64,000 nucleotides of DNA, from NCBI RefSeq assembly GCF_964188315.1, contig NC_135669.1, positions 13,144,001 through 13,208,000 of the forward strand. The letters run 5' to 3'. Below the pieces are notes generated by a model. The model did not search any database. It had not been told where the DNA came from and saw only the letters and a program-made list of their open reading frames with translations. Source of the DNA: Podarcis muralis (Eukaryota). This document shows, one piece after another, positions 1 to 13,428 of this stretch. How positions within the stretch are numbered: position 1 is the first letter of the stretch; each line of letters starts with the position of its first letter. The translations under genes were made by a program, and so were the position numbers.

Positions 1-2813
1 ACCTGCATTCAGGGAGTATTTTTAGCCCTGTGGGGTACGCACTGGGATTGGCAAAGCCCTTTCCATACTTGATATTAAAAGACACACTTTGTGGGTTTTG
101 CAAACCCTATAGCTTCAGGTCTTCAGTAGTAAATTGAAAGCAGGTGATCTGGAGAATTGATCCTTGGGTGGAGAACATCAGGGGGCCAAATGCAGCCTGC
201 CATCCTCTCTAACTGACCTGTGGGACTCTACCGCAAACACTCTTCTCAGACCTCCCTCTGCTTTGCAGGCTCGACTGTTATTGCCTGGCTGGAATGAGCC
301 TTTTGATGGCTGGATGGGAGGGTTTAAAGGGGGGGATGTTTGAATATGAAGAAATGAGCCTACTGTGCAGGAACAAAATTCATATTTGTCCTACCCACCA
401 CTTGCACATATGGATGCTGGGTGATTGTTCAGAAGGCTCTCAGGCTGAAAAGGGTTCCCCATCCCTGGGACAGCAGGATAAAATTATATTTTTGATTGAT
501 TGAAATATTAGAAAGCAGCTCAGTTTCAAACCTTTGCTCTAGCCTGAGGCAGCACTAAGCACTACTATTTAACATTTGTCATTATCATCCTAGCTACCAC
601 CCTGTAAGGTGCAGAATTATTATTCCATCCTGTTGCAAATGGGGAGACTGAAGCTGAGAAAAGGTGGCTTGTCTGTGTCCATGGCAGAGGGAACAACTGG
701 GAACTTCCAGATTTCTAGCTTAGTCTCTTAACTGTTCTACCAACAACTACCAAAGCAAAGCAATGTCCCAACCTACCCAAATGTCTCTCTTTACCAGAAG
801 TCAATGGGCCAGGTGGCTCTAATGCAGTATTTCAGCACTTGCAATACCCAGTCAAAACATTTGGAGAGCTCAGCCACTGCCAGCTACATCCAAGCTACAC
901 AGGCAGATTCATAAGACTAAGCCATTTGCATAGCTGGTTTCTTGCAATGAGTAGAGAGGCATCCATCCCTTCTGAAATATCTGCTACCTCCCAGGACATT
1001 TCCCACAAACTATGCCGCCAAACTGGGAACCAGTATTTTTGTTCTGGTTAAGACATTGGTTTTCAATCCGATATTTGCAGCATGTTTCAGTGTCCTACAA
1101 AATCTTCCCCTCTAGCAAAACTCTCAAGTGTGGAATACCTTTTCCCTAATCTACTCTCTCACCCCTGGTAATCTTTGTCCTGGACATGTACACTGTAGGG
1201 TATGGGATGAAGCATGTCCTTGATTTAATTAGGACACTGAATTACATGCCTAATATCAGCGCCAGCGGAGATTTTCATAGGAAGCCACAACTGCTGATAT
1301 TCAAATACTACTACTAAAAGCACATCTCTTAGAACACTGTTCATCAACTGATGGGTCACAACAGGAACACTACCATTCTGTAAATTGATGTTAAAAGATT
1401 AAGAGATGTATTAAAGTTTGGGTTGAAAGTGAGTCTTGGGTCTGAAAAGGTTGAAGATACATTTTTCAGAAGACCAAATCTTATTGACAGACTTCTCTCT
1501 AAGAACCCTTCAAGGTGCCTTGTAGTTAGAGTTGCATTTTCTGTCCATCCATTAGAACATGTTGCTATTGTTCAACATTTCGTTGAAAACACTCTTAGGG
1601 TTTTTTTTTCCCCCTTTTCAGAATTACAGCTAACATTTCATTGATGAATTCTGCAGTTCTGTGGATCAATTCTGTGTTACTACAGAATATAGCAGTCATC
1701 AATATGCCACCTTGCCCCTCACACCTAAAACAAGAAAGCCATGCAAAATTATGCAAGTGGCTGGGGTGCTAAATGCTTGAATTTGGTAGCTGCCACTAGA
1801 AAGGCATCTTTTGTCTTCTTATTTACAGCCTTAAATGCCACAATTTCTTATTATGTTTGCAACTGTATTGTAGCCACAAGTATCCTATATTTTGTGGTAA
1901 ACAAAGCACCAACATGCAAATGTGAACTCAGAAAAAACATTTGGAACAGTTAGGGCTTTGGGGAATTTTTTTTATTGAATTAAGCAGCAGTTTAGGAGGA
2001 AATGCAAGAATCAAAGAGGCTAGACATGGTGCAGCAGCCAGTCTCCATATTACACTAGGGCAGAGGTTGGAAATTGGTGCCCCCCCCATTGGTTCCATAT
2101 AGTAGTCATAGATGATGTGAGCTGTCATCCAGCAAACATCTGGAGGCCCACAGGCTACCCACAAACCACAGGCTGTAGATTTGGACGCTCAAGTCTGGGC
2201 ACAACACTAAACCAAAATATAGCTTAGCTCCAATAGCACACAGCAGCAGCAGGAGCAGCAGGAGCACTTCTGTCCCAGAACCCACTCATTTGTATTAAGC
2301 CATGGTCTGGCTGAGTGTTACTTGTGAACTGGGCCTAAGAGAAAGTCTAGCTGTCTAAAGCCAGCAGAGGCATGATTTGAACCCAAGGGCTTCTCAGTGT
2401 GTAGCTGACTTCCATACTATTACATAAGAACAAACTCCAGAATGAGTCTTCCTTCAAAAAATCCCTGTTAAAATTACATCATGCCCATTCTGTCAATTTC
2501 TTCAAGCAAGAACGGGTTACAGATGCCTCGACTGCTGTCTCCATCGCCATGTCCGTCAAGAGGACTACTGCATCTTCAAAAACCCCTGTCTGAAACCTAC
2601 TGGGACCCCCGTCTTCACTTCCCATGGCAGCTGAATACAGAGCCTCAGCACTTGCCACAAAGATTCTCTGGACAGATGTAGGCTTCTAGGAGAAGCAAAT
2701 CTTGCAGTTCCATGGTTGGCCACTTTAGAGTCCAAAAAGCTCCGCACTTAGTGGAATTCCAGGAACTAGGAGGTCAAGAAAATCACGTTTCTCCAATAAA
2801 GTTACACAGGCCA

Positions 2814-3035
2814 TCATTGCTTTGGTTCACTATTTCGTATTTCTGGGAACTCCAGCTTCAGTCGCTGTAAGGAGCGAATGAAGAACAGGGGTGGCTTGCA
2901 AACCAAGTGGATTTTATCTTCTTCGCTGCCGTTTTTTGCAGGCAGAGTGAGTTGGCAGGCATGGAGGTGAAGTGGGAGGTGGCGAGCTTTGACTTGTTCC
3001 AAGCCCAGCCTCTTCAATGCAGCCTTTGGAAGCTT
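2814..3035 (-). CDS. RPUSD4: RPUSD4 last coding exon
   Basis: KLPKAALKRLGLEQVKARHLPLHLHACQL...EPKQ*; TTTTTGCAG acceptor; total CDS 1098 bp. Confidence 0.95.
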   Translation of the reverse strand, partial: KLPKAALKRLGLEQVKARHLPLHLHACQLTLPAKNGSEEDKIHLVCKPPLFFIRSLQRLKLEFPEIRNSEPKQ

Positions 3036-4814
3036 CTGCAAAAAAGGAGGAAAGAAATTGTTAAATGGTAAATGGTAAATGGCAAGGATTTCTTAACTTT
3101 CCACTTTAGATCTCCAAGTGTTGGGAGGTGGAAATGCTCTCTTGCGCTGTCCGAAGACACTTCCGGGTCACGTGGCCAGTGTGACGAAGCTGCGTTTTTG
3201 CAATAACGGTCTACTCTGTTCTAGCTATCAGTGCTACTCTGTATTTGATTTGTAATAATAACAAAATTAATATTAATATCATAAATGGCACTGCTTCATC
3301 TCCAAACAGATCCAATAAATATGCACCTGGACAGTTCTAGAAGCACTAGAGACTGCAGCATGCAGCAGGCACATGCCAAAGGATGCAGCGAATACCCAGT
3401 TGGATTAGTGCTTCACAACAACTCAGACTAAAAGCTCTTTTGGATTCAGCCATAGCAGTGCTCTACAGATTCCAGGTCAGGATGGCAGCATCTCATCCAA
3501 ACTCCTACTCCATGCAGGAAATCTAGGGCTACAGAATCTCCAAGAGTCGACTGTCAAACCTCTACATGAGGACTGCCAGCAATTACCCTTCAGGTAACTG
3601 GTTCCAGAGATGAACTGCTCTTCCTGTCAACGTATTTCTCCTGTTCAGCCAAGATCTACCCTCCCGTAATTTAAGGAGCCTTGTGGAATGGTCCCTCCCT
3701 GATGGTGTCCTGGCAGGTGTTCAATGTGTTTTAGTGGGTTGTTATTCTGTTGCATACCACCTGGATGACTTCTGGTTAAAGGAGGCATATAAATGATTTT
3801 TCTGAAATAACTAAATAGCTCCATCAGGCCTCCTCTCCTACAACTGTCAGCTGGTTGCAGTCATTCCATCTGGCTGCCTCAGTGGGAAAGGAGGGAAGCA
3901 GGGCTCATTCCATCAGCTTTGCTGAAAGATCAGCTCCATCAGTCACTTCCTGCCCCTCATCTGTTTCTATGCCAGCTGGTCATTATAGCTACTATTTAAG
4001 AATTGTGAGATCTGTTTTTTAAAAAAAAGAATATAAGTCTGAAGGCAGGGACTGTCTTGTTTTAATGTACTGTATGTAAGCCGCTCTGGCAACCTTTTTG
4101 GTTGGAAAGCTGAGTACATATGCTCTAAATAAATAAGTGAATAATACACTCCTTAGATCTCGCCCTGCCTTCTTGGGCAGCAGAGAGCAAGCCCTTGCAG
4201 TCTTCTGTGTGACAGCCGTTCACACAGACCAGGAGTGGACACCTGGCAGCCCATGAATTTTTATCTGCATCCAAGCGGTTCTTTCAAAATGTCACTGATA
4301 CACAGTAAAAAGTCAGCCAGGTTTATGTAGCCAGTAGCCTGAGGCTACTAGTACCTGGTACTTTCCTACCTAAAGCATTTAGCAGCAGGTGCAAAGGGAG
4401 TGGTTGTTTGGACTGGACTGGAGTTTGAAACAGATGACAACCACCGCAGGGCAGGAGATCAGTCTACCAAATTGAGACCCCACCCACCATATATTTTGAA
4501 ATGGATGAGAATGCAAGCCAGGTTCCTTTCTAGAACTTGGCTGAGGCTTGGATCCTAAGCAAACTTAATCATGGTTTAAGGACCTTTGGCCATAATGAGC
4601 CCTACTTCCAAGTAGGGTTTGAGACTCAACCAGTCCACTAGTTGTAAAAACCTAATGTTTTCAGAGCACTCAAAAGATCATACATAAACTAATTTGATAC
4701 TTATGAGAAGTTAGAAAACTGATGATTGTTCACAATAACAGCTTGTCCAAAGTAAAACATTGCATGTAATTCTTACAACATTACCATGTATTTTAAGTCA
4801 TTTCTGATTTAATA

Positions 4815-5025
4815 CAGTGGTACCTCTGGTTACAAACTTAATTTGTTCCGCAGGTCCGTTCTTAACCCGAAACCATTCTTAACCTGAGGTACCACTTTAG
4901 CTAATGGGGCCTCCCGCTGCCGCCCCAGGATGTTCTCATCCTGAAGCAAAGTTCTTAACCCGAGGTACTACTTTTGGGTTAGCGGAGTCTGTAACCCGAA
5001 GTGTTTGTAACCCAAAGTACCACTG
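4815..5025. mobile_element. Tc1/mariner-type MITE (CAGTGGTACC family)
   Basis: TA duplication and CAGTGGTAC/GTACCACTG termini; further copies at 12291-12517, 19082-19323, 36850-37090, 38395-38609, 45734-45969, 52121-52372, 56383-56624, 62127-62344. Confidence 0.85.
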
Positions 5026-5459
5026 TAGTTAGCTTTTAACTGATTTAATCTGTTGTATGGGTCGATCTTGCTTAGAGACAACTATAATTAAGTAGTATAT
5101 AATTGAAATAAGTTAAACACATAGTAATACTACATAAGGTTTTTTTAAAAAAAGGGAACAATTTGCTGAACAGTTCTTCTCTTTCACTTTGAACTTGAAA
5201 TGTCAGGGTCAGCCTACACTTGTCCAAAAAAAAGGGTAAAAAATAAAATTTAAGTAAGCACCCATTGTTAAAAACAGTCCTGATAAGTAGGCAGGACTGT
5301 TCAAGGATCAAGGAACACCTGCCAATATCTGACCAGTGCCAATCTAATTTTCAAGTAAGCATGCATAGGTGTGCAGTGACAGCAGAGGCATAAGAGGCCC
5401 TTATTTCATCCTACTGTCTTCTTTCACTGAATAAGCTCCTTTCATCATGCTTCTCTTAC

Positions 5460-5557
5460 CTGTGGTGCAAGCTTGTTCCAATGGGAGTATTTGTGGTCTC
5501 CAAGGATTGGACAGCCTAAGCCATAGGCCAAGTGGACTCTGATTTGGTGCTTCACTC
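5460..5557 (-). CDS. RPUSD4: RPUSD4 coding exon 6 (absent from the ORF track)
   Basis: Hand translation [33 protein letters not shown] (RluA-family HQxRVH and PIxGDxKY motifs); 98 bp. Confidence 0.95.
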
Positions 5558-6225
5558 CTACGTACAGGGGGAAGGCAAAGAGAAAAAATTAAGCACACAT
5601 GTATAGAGAAAGCCACAACCACCAAATACACCCGTCTGCTCATTCTTAGCAATGGGCTGCCCATACTGAGTTCCATTTGCAGTTTGCTAGAAATGGTGGA
5701 GGAAGGAGGAGAGAAAGGGTGGCTCCACTCATCTACCTCTGACATGCAGCCCCCAAAGGGAATGCAGTTCCTGCACCACTATCATAGTGTGAACAAATCG
5801 CTGGTCATTAAATTAAAAGCTTATAATTCAAGTAGCACATTCATGCCTTCCTTTTCAAACAGCAGCCTGTTTTTCCTACATGTACTTCAGCAGTAATGTG
5901 CTTTTCTGTTTGCACTGACTCTCAAAGAACAGCAGGGCTTCGCCCTGAAAAGCAACATGAGTCCTTTCAATAAGTAAAATTAAATATACTTCTGCATGGG
6001 TAAACACTACTGTATGCTCCACCAGAAGACTTCAAGATGACCAAACTTGCTCTGTACTCAATTGAACAGAACAAGGGGCAAATAATAATAATAATTTTAA
6101 AATGCCCAAATAAGAAAAACTGTCAGGCTTAGAGATGCTCAGGAAGGCTTTTAAGTACTCAGTGCTGATGGCACTGCTCTGCAGAAGTTCCTGAGCAGTT
6201 CCTGTGCATGTATGTGAGGCCTTAC

Positions 6226-6376
6226 CTGTGACTGGGTGCAGTTCAAGGAGGGAACAAGAGGAGGAACTACTCAGCACTCGGTACTGGGTCACTGCCATAC
6301 TGGCATCTCTGTGCTTGCGGACTTTGAACATATTCCCATCCTCAGAGGACATGCGATAGTTTGGCGCAAGTGTCAT
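6226..6376 (-). CDS. RPUSD4: RPUSD4 coding exon 5
   Basis: MTLAPNYRMSSEDG...AVTQYRVLSS...LLELHPVTG; 151 bp; GTAAG donor. Confidence 0.95.
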
Positions 6377-6807
6377 CTAAGCCAAAGAGAGATAAATAGA
6401 TGTATCATGCCGTAGAGGTCCATCACTCATTATCCACCTCCCAGCACTTTGTCACTGAAGGATCAGGCAGCATCAGTGAATAGAAGGGCCTTTTACCAGT
6501 TGTAGCTGGTGCAAAGTTATGGCTGCCCCTGGAATGGGAGTGTATGACCCTAGTAGTTCAGGCACTGGTTACTTCAAGAATGGTTTACTGGCATGTGGAG
6601 CTTCCCTTGCTCTTGAGATGGAGTGCAGAATGCTGCAGCACAGTTGCTGACAGAAGTGAGGTCCTGTAAGCGTAGGACACCTCTGCTCAGAAAGCTGCAC
6701 TAGTTGTGCATTTGCTATTGGCCAAATTCAAGGTATAACTATTATCATATAAAACTCTTAACAGCTTGGGAATTTGCAGGATCCCTTTACTACTCTATAT
6801 AAAAAGA

Positions 6808-7165
6808 AAAAGGTAAAGGACCCCTGGACAGTTAAATCCAGTCAAAGGTGAGTATGGGGTTGCGGCGCTCATCTTGCTTACAAGGCCAAGGGAGCCAGTG
6901 TTTGTCCACAGGCAGCTTTCCGGGTCATGTGGCCAGCATGACTAAACCGTGATGTAAACCAGAGCGCACAGAAACACCATTTACCTTCCTTCCACAGCGG
7001 TACCTATTTATCTACTTGCACTGGTATGCTTTCGAACTGCTAGACTGGCAGAAGCTGAGACAGAGCAACGGGAGCTCACCCCGTTGTGGGGATTCGAACC
7101 ACCGACCTTCTGATCGGCAAGCCCAAGAGGCACAGTGGTTTAAACCACAGCGCCACCCGTGTCCC
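6808..7165 (-). mobile_element. Sauria-type SINE
   Basis: tRNA-like head GGGACACGGGTGGCGCTGTGG...GGTTCGAATCCC and (ACCTTT)n tail. Confidence 0.85.
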
Positions 7166-7379
7166 TATATGTGCCCATCTGACTGCCATGATTTGCGGAA
7201 CTGACACTGGAAAGCTGTTCCAAATCCAACTCACACACTGTGTTGAATTTCCCAGGAATAAAGCTTAAATAATAAATCAGTGCCTTGGTGCTTGGGAGAA
7301 CTGGAAAGCATCAGAAAGCCCTCCTGTGAAATGGTGTGGCTAGAAGAGTCAAGACACTGCTGACAGGAAGCAAACTCAC

Positions 7380-7473
7380 TTTATAGTGCAATTGGTTGCC
7401 CTCGGCTTCCTTCTCCATGATGGGAATATCCACCACTCCCTCTGCTGGCTTTGGTTCTCCAATGCAGATCGCC
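7380..7473 (-). CDS. RPUSD4: RPUSD4 coding exon 4
   Basis: AICIGEPKPAEGVVDIPIMEKEAEGNQLHYK; 94 bp; AG/GTGAG. Confidence 0.93.
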
Positions 7474-7696
7474 CTACCAAGATAACAAGTGATGAACAGT
7501 GTCATATTTCAGCTTGTTACAGCCATCATCTCTCCTTTCAAGAGGGAAAGAAAATGAATTCAGCATTTCATTAACAGGCACTGTCCCAGAGATGCAGTGC
7601 TGAAGGGGCTACTGGCTTATAAGAAGTCAAAGTTTCTATAAAAGCTGAAGGTGGGAGTTGGGAAGAGTCTATGAACCCCAGTAATGTGTCTCATAC

Positions 7697-7898
7697 CAAT
7701 ATTTTTTCTCCACCTGTCGGGTTTTGAAGAGCTGCTGGATCTGGTGTGCGGTGTCCTCATCCCGGGCAAGCACCATCACTCCAGTTGTTTCTTTATCCAG
7801 CCGGTGACAGAGATGAAGGGGTTCAGCTTTCATGCCATCCAACATCTTTGCCAGTACTGGCAGCACATCAGTGATGCACATTTTTACCTTGGGGCCAC
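7697..7898 (-). CDS. RPUSD4: RPUSD4 coding exon 3 (catalytic HRLD motif)
   Basis: [14 protein letters not shown]...[17 protein letters not shown]...KKYW; 202 bp; phases fit neighbours. Confidence 0.97.
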
Positions 7899-8969
7899 CT
7901 GGAAGGAAAGCAGAAACAGCTTTGATCACATAGCCTCCAAAGAGCAATTTCTTTTCCCTTAGCAACTTCACCTGCAATGTGTAAACACACCAATATCACA
8001 GATCTAAAAGGATATTTTTCCTGAAGCCCAGATTCTCACAAGCATCTCCTAAGCAAATTGGAAAGACTGTTAGATGTCCACATAATTACGCACGCATCTG
8101 TTCAATTATAGCCAGAAGCCAAAAGCTGTTACTTGAATACCAAGCAACTGTATATGGGAAAATTGAGAAGTGCTGTATTTGCTTTGCTCCCCTTTGTCTC
8201 TCTTCCCTAGTAGAAAAAAATAGATTTTGTGTGTGTGCGGGGATTAACCCCACACCCTATTGCATTTCCCCAGGAAGGAGATAGTCACATTCCACAGTTG
8301 CTGCCTCTGTAGTGTGTACCTTTCCAGTAGAAGTAGAAAAGACTTACACAAGAGAAACACCTCCTGAATTATTATTGGCAAGCTGGTCTGTGTAGCACTC
8401 AGAACACAGGTGGCAATGGCAGAGGCAGCTCCTACATGTACATGCCGCATTGAGGTTTCATTGCTTATAATGTAGAAGAAATGTCTCTCTGGGAAGACTA
8501 AAGTTAATAAGACACTAGTCCGGCAATCTGGGAAGCTCTTAAGCAGAGGATGATGAGAGAAAACTATCCTTTTGTCATCCCCTCACCCACAACATCTAAT
8601 TCAGAAGGTTATACTGCCTCTCAGTATCGCTGAGAGTAGGGTAACTAGGATTCTGCTCCACAGAATGAATTCACATTTAACCTGTTGAAAAGCCAGTACA
8701 GACCTCAAAAACAAATAAAAGCAATGACTCTGATTAAGTCATAGAGGAGGAGATATCTGGATAGTTAGCAGGGCTCTTTGCAATGAGGAACCTGTGGTCC
8801 TCTAGATGTTTCTGGATGACAACCTCTGACCATTTGCCATGCTGACTGAGGCCGATGGGAGCTGAAGCCCAACAACATCTGAAGGGCCACAGCTCCTCCA
8901 TCCTCTCTTTATAACTACCAATCCACTATAACAGTCTTTCAGTAACATCACACCACTCATTCCTCTCAC

Positions 8970-9135
8970 CATGAACAGGGAGGCCATAAGGTTTGTTAAT
9001 CACCACAATCTCTTTGTTCTGGTAGAGGATTCCATTTTTTAGTGCCTTGGCCAACACATTAGGATGAACCCGCTGCAACTGCTTCGTAAGCTGAGCAAGT
9101 TCTTGCACCCGCCGTGATACTCTGTCTTTAGGAAC
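8970..9135 (-). CDS. RPUSD4: RPUSD4 coding exon 2
   Basis: VPKDRVSRRVQELAQLTKQLQRVHPNVLAKAL...VVINKPYGLPVHG; AG/GT ends; 166 bp. Confidence 0.95.
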
Positions 9136-9316
9136 CTTTGAAGGACCAGGGAAGAAAGAACAAAGTAGTTCATCAATCCTTTATTGTATCATTCCTGGTG
9201 TCACAAAATAAGTATAGGCATGCATGTGCAAAAAGAAATAAATGGTTTTTAAAAAGATAAGAACGGAAACTACTGATGAAAAAATACACTAGATCTCTCT
9301 CCCTCTCTATACACAA

Positions 9317-9320
<4 letters not shown>

Positions 9321-9357
<37 letters not shown>
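9321..9357. repeat. (CA)n microsatellite
   Basis: Direct reading. Confidence 0.95.
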
Positions 9358-9362
<5 letters not shown>

Positions 9363-10726
9363 ACCTTAATTGCTAAGAAAATAGCACTGCAACTGGAAAT
9401 CATAAATCTCTGCCACCAACTTGCAACAAGCAAGTCAATTAAAGATGTGGAAGAAGAGGTGGAATGTTTATTTATTTTCCCTCTGGCCATTTCCCCACAA
9501 CAAAAAGGTGCGGGTGGAAAAGCGTGGTGGTGGTCTTTCAGAAAAGCAGGCACTGCAGGAAAGGAAAAACAGCCTCTACTTGTGGATTCCACCACTCAAG
9601 CTAATTCAAGTGTTCTATCAGATTACAGCAGCAGGAGAGATGGGAGTTCAGACCCCTCCACTAAAACTGTTGGAAGATCAGCTCTATTAGGCTCCTCCTC
9701 TCCGTAAGCATTTTAAGAAACAATAGCTAACTTTAACAAAAACCATAAGAAGCTGTCTTTATGAAGATAACACCATGCATGTGCCAGCTTGGTCCCTGGT
9801 CCCTGTACGCTTATGCCACGATGAACTTGCGTGACTTTTAGCTGGAACACAGGAAGCTGCCTTATATAGAACCAGGCCATTGCCAGCATAGCCTGCACCG
9901 ACTGGCAGCAGCTCCCAAGAGTTTCGGACAGGGTACATTCTCAACAGCCACAATGACCTAAGTAGAACTGGATTATTTTTTTTAAGAGAGAGGATACGCT
10001 GCCCCAAGCAACACTACATGTCAGAAAGTATAAAACAGGAGCCTGCATGCAGTCACATCATATTATTTTATGGAAGTTGCCTTCAGCTTTAATTTACTTT
10101 GTTAGCTATATATTTTGCTTCCCCCACACCCTGTCAAGGCAGAAATAAGGCAGGGGTGTGTATGATAAACGATGACATAAATTATCATACATAACAATTT
10201 AACTACAAAAGTTAAATCCAAGATTAAAAACAAAACCTATGTTTAGGTTTTGCCAGGAGCTTGAGTGTTTACACGATATAGAAGTAAAGGTTGATTATTT
10301 AGGAGACCACTGTAAGCAGATGAAAACATTAGCAGGATTTTAATCTCACTTGTAATGTAACAACCACTATGGACAATATGGAGAGATACAAAAAATGGTC
10401 ATGAAATAATATGCAGTTGAAAATGTTGACAAAAAGACCCATGGCTGGTAAGTCTGGATATTCAGAGAAATCTCTAAATGTGGATATGTATTGGTATAAC
10501 AATACCAGTACTTGGTATTGTTATAACTTTACGCCTGTAAAATCAAATAAAAAAGCTTTTCAAAAGAAAGAATTGGGTTGGGAGTTCCAACCTTAAATTG
10601 CATATGGAACCACACACCAACCCCTGTAAGGGCTGCTGAAGAATGTTGCATGCTGGGAAGTGTAGTCTTTCCTTCCCGGCGCAATGCACTCTGGGAAATA
10701 GAGTCCCAACTGACCAACGGACTCAC

Positions 10727-10891
10727 CTCGGCCTGCTTTTTCTTCTGCTCCTGCTTCTCGGCTCGTATTTTCTCCGCCAGCTGCTGGGCGCTGAGAGGGG
10801 CGGCCGCGCCCTGGCTGTGAGAAAAGGCCCTCCGGCCAGCTTTCAAAACGAGCCGCAGAGCGCGGTGAGGGGCGCCACTCTGAGCCGCCAT
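10727..10891 (-). CDS. RPUSD4: RPUSD4 coding exon 1 (mitochondrial RluA-family pseudouridine synthase)
   Basis: ATG at 10891 in aagATGGCG context; MAAQSGAPHRALRL...AQQLAEKIRAEKQEQ resembles the RPUSD4 N-terminus; GTGAGT donor; 165 bp, phase 0. Confidence 0.9.
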
Positions 10892-11440
10892 CTTGTTTAG
10901 GGCTGTCCGAAAAAAGCAAACGGAACCCGGATGTGGGCGTGGCCTGCGCCGCCCTCCCCTTTCGCTCGCGCGCTACCATGGCGGCAAACCAAGCAGGGCA
11001 GGGCATTAGAAGAGGTTCCGGCTAATCTCGAGCAAGGTCCTCCCTTCCTCTCCAATGAGATAGCCGTGCGGCGTTCTCCGTATCCAATGAAAAGCAGTCC
11101 TTACGTGCAGTGGGTGGGAGAAGAATGTTGGCGCACCAATGAAAGATGGCGGAACGGGAGCGGACCAATCATGGAAAGAGGGCGGACCTTGCTATTTCCT
11201 TTTCGGTTTGAACAACGGCAGTTGTGCGGCGGAGTAACCGTCGTCGCGCGAGGGCAGAAGGAGCCGGAGCCGGCGGCAGCAGCGATCAGGTATTAAGCGA
11301 AGGGCGCAGGCCGGCAGAAAGCGCACGTGGCCGGTCGTGGAAGATGCGCGCGCATTCGCTTCTGGCCGAGCCTTGTCCTCTCTCATCCCCCCCCCCCCTT
11401 CCTTTTTAAAATTCTCACAAGAACTTTGTGAGGTAGGTTA
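10880..11440. promoter_or_regulatory. CpG-island promoter of RPUSD4, probably bidirectional with HYLS1
   Basis: CpG-rich; CCAAT at 11052, 11084, 11136, 11165; AAGATGGCG (YY1-type) at about 11143; TTTGAA (CHR-type) at 11207; plus-strand donors at 11290 and 11433. Confidence 0.7.
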
Positions 11441-11870
11441 GGCCGAAAGATACAGTGGTTGGTTCAAAGGTGGTTCACTGAGCTTCGTTGCGAAGGGGGG
11501 TTTGAACGGTAGTTTCCTATCCCTGCCTCTGGTGCTCTAAGCCAGGGTGGGGAATCTGTGGCTCTGCAGTTGTTGGTACTCCAGCCATGGGGATGGGGGG
11601 GAGCTGACCCCTCCCCCCTGAATCAGGTAAATAAAAATATATATGCTTAACTAAATGTCGAAATAAATCAGAATATTTGAAATCGAAATGATCCCTGGGG
11701 TCACTTGGAGGATGTTGGGAAACCCAGCCAAATGGGTGGGGTATAAATAATAAATTATTATTATTAGTAGTAGTAGTAGTAGTGGAAGACAGGAGTGCCT
11801 TGCGTGCTCTGGTCCATGGGGTCACGAAGAGTCAGAAACGACTAAACAACAAGAAGTAGTATTTATTATT

Positions 11871-12288
11871 ACATTGGTTCCCAGTACGTTTCCGAGCACA
11901 ATTCAAAGTGTTGGTGCTGACCTTTAAAGCCCTAAATGGCCTCAGTCCTGTATACCTGAAGGAGCATCTCCACCTCCATCGTTCAGCCCAGTCACTGAGG
12001 TCCAGCTCTGAGGGCCTTCTGGCAGTTCCCTCATTGCGAGAAGTGAGGTTACAGGGAACCAGGCAGAGGGCCTTCTTGGTAGTGGCGCCCACCCTGTGGA
12101 ACGCCCTCCCAGCAGATGTCAAGGAATTAAACGACTATCTGACTTTTAGAAGACATCTGAAGGCTGTTTAGGAAGGTTTTTAAAGTTTGAAATTTTATTC
12201 TGTTTTTAGTGTTCTGCTGGGAGCTGCCCAGAGTGCCTGGAGAAACCCAGCCAGATGGGCAGGGTATAAATAATAAAATTATTATTAC
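11871..12288 (+). mobile_element. L2 LINE 3' fragment
   Basis: LVLTFKALNGL...RAFLVVAPTLWNALP...FRRHLKA and an (ATT)n-type tail. Confidence 0.85.
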
Positions 12289-13063
12289 TACAGTGGTACC
12301 TCTGGTTACGTACTTAGTTCGTTCCGGAGGTCTGTTCTTAACCTGAAACTGTTCTTAACCTGAAGCACCACTTTAGTTAATGGGGCTCCTGCTGCTGCAC
12401 GATTTCTGTTCTCATCCTGAAGCAAAGTTCTTAACTCGAGGTACTATTTCTGCGTTCGTGGAGTCTGTAACCTGAAGTGTATGTAACCTGAAGTGTACAT
12501 AACCCAAGGTACCACTGTATTAGCAACCTGATTGAGTGGTAGACAAGGCAAACAGAGGATGACAGGTGCCCCGCCCCCCAAAATACCCCAAACCATAAAT
12601 CATGGCTTTGCCCAGGACTCCAGCTGCCATAATCTCTTGACGGGTGGATGAGAGATGGAGCACAGCATCACCCCAAGAGCCACAGGGTCCCCATCCTTTC
12701 TCTAGTACCACACTGGCCGCAGCATTAGCTCTGGGCCTTTTTTTTTTTTTTTAAAGCCCTGTTTCCAACCTAGATCCTATCAGCACTCTGCAATGTAAGC
12801 AGCATTGTACTGCTGTAAACACTCGTTGCTTCTTCCAAAGAAGCCTCTCCTGGGATCTGTAGTTTGCCAAGGGTGCTGAGAAGCTGCTAGGAGACTCCGG
12901 TTCCCCTCAAAGAGCAACATTGCTCAGAATAACTTGGGAAGAGAAGCCCAACACTGCAAGCTGGAACAAACCTTATGCATTCGAGATTTTACACACGCTA
13001 ACTATTTAAAGGGATGTCAAAAGAGGATTAGTGGTTCTTTTAAGACCCACTAAAGTAGAAACA

Positions 13064-13428
13064 GGGACGCGGGTGGCGCTGTGGGTAAAAGCCTCAGCGC
13101 CTAGGGCTTGCCGATCGAAAGGTCGGTGGTTCGAATCCCCGCAGCGGGGTGCGCTCCCGTTGTTCGGTCCCAGCGCCTGCCAACCTAGCAGTTCGAAAGC
13201 ACCCCCGGGTGCAAGTAGATAAATAGGGACCGCTTACTAGCGGGAAGGTAAACGGCGTTTCCGTGTGCGGCTCTGGCTCGCCAGATGCAGCTTGTCACGC
13301 TGGCCACGTGACCCGGAAGTGTCTGCGGACAGCGCTGGCCCCCGGCCTCTTAAGTGAGATGGGCGCACAACCCTAGAGTCTGGCAAGACTGGCCCGTATG
13401 GGCAGGGGTACCTTTACCTTTACCTTTT
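13064..13428 (+). mobile_element. Sauria-type SINE
   Basis: Full length; TAAAGTAGAAACA target duplication. Confidence 0.9.

Noticed and set aside
2481-2800. Possible plus-strand terminal exon (acceptor 2516, AATAAA 2795) convergent with RPUSD4
   Set aside because: No frame resembles a known protein and no upstream exons could be linked; it is consistent with RPUSD4 3' UTR sequence.
7080-7165. tRNA-like A/B boxes here and in similar copies
   Set aside because: These are SINE heads with SINE bodies and tails, not tRNA genes.
9173-9707. 140- and 143-aa ORFs on both strands
   Set aside because: Intronic and held open by the (CA)n repeat and low-complexity sequence.
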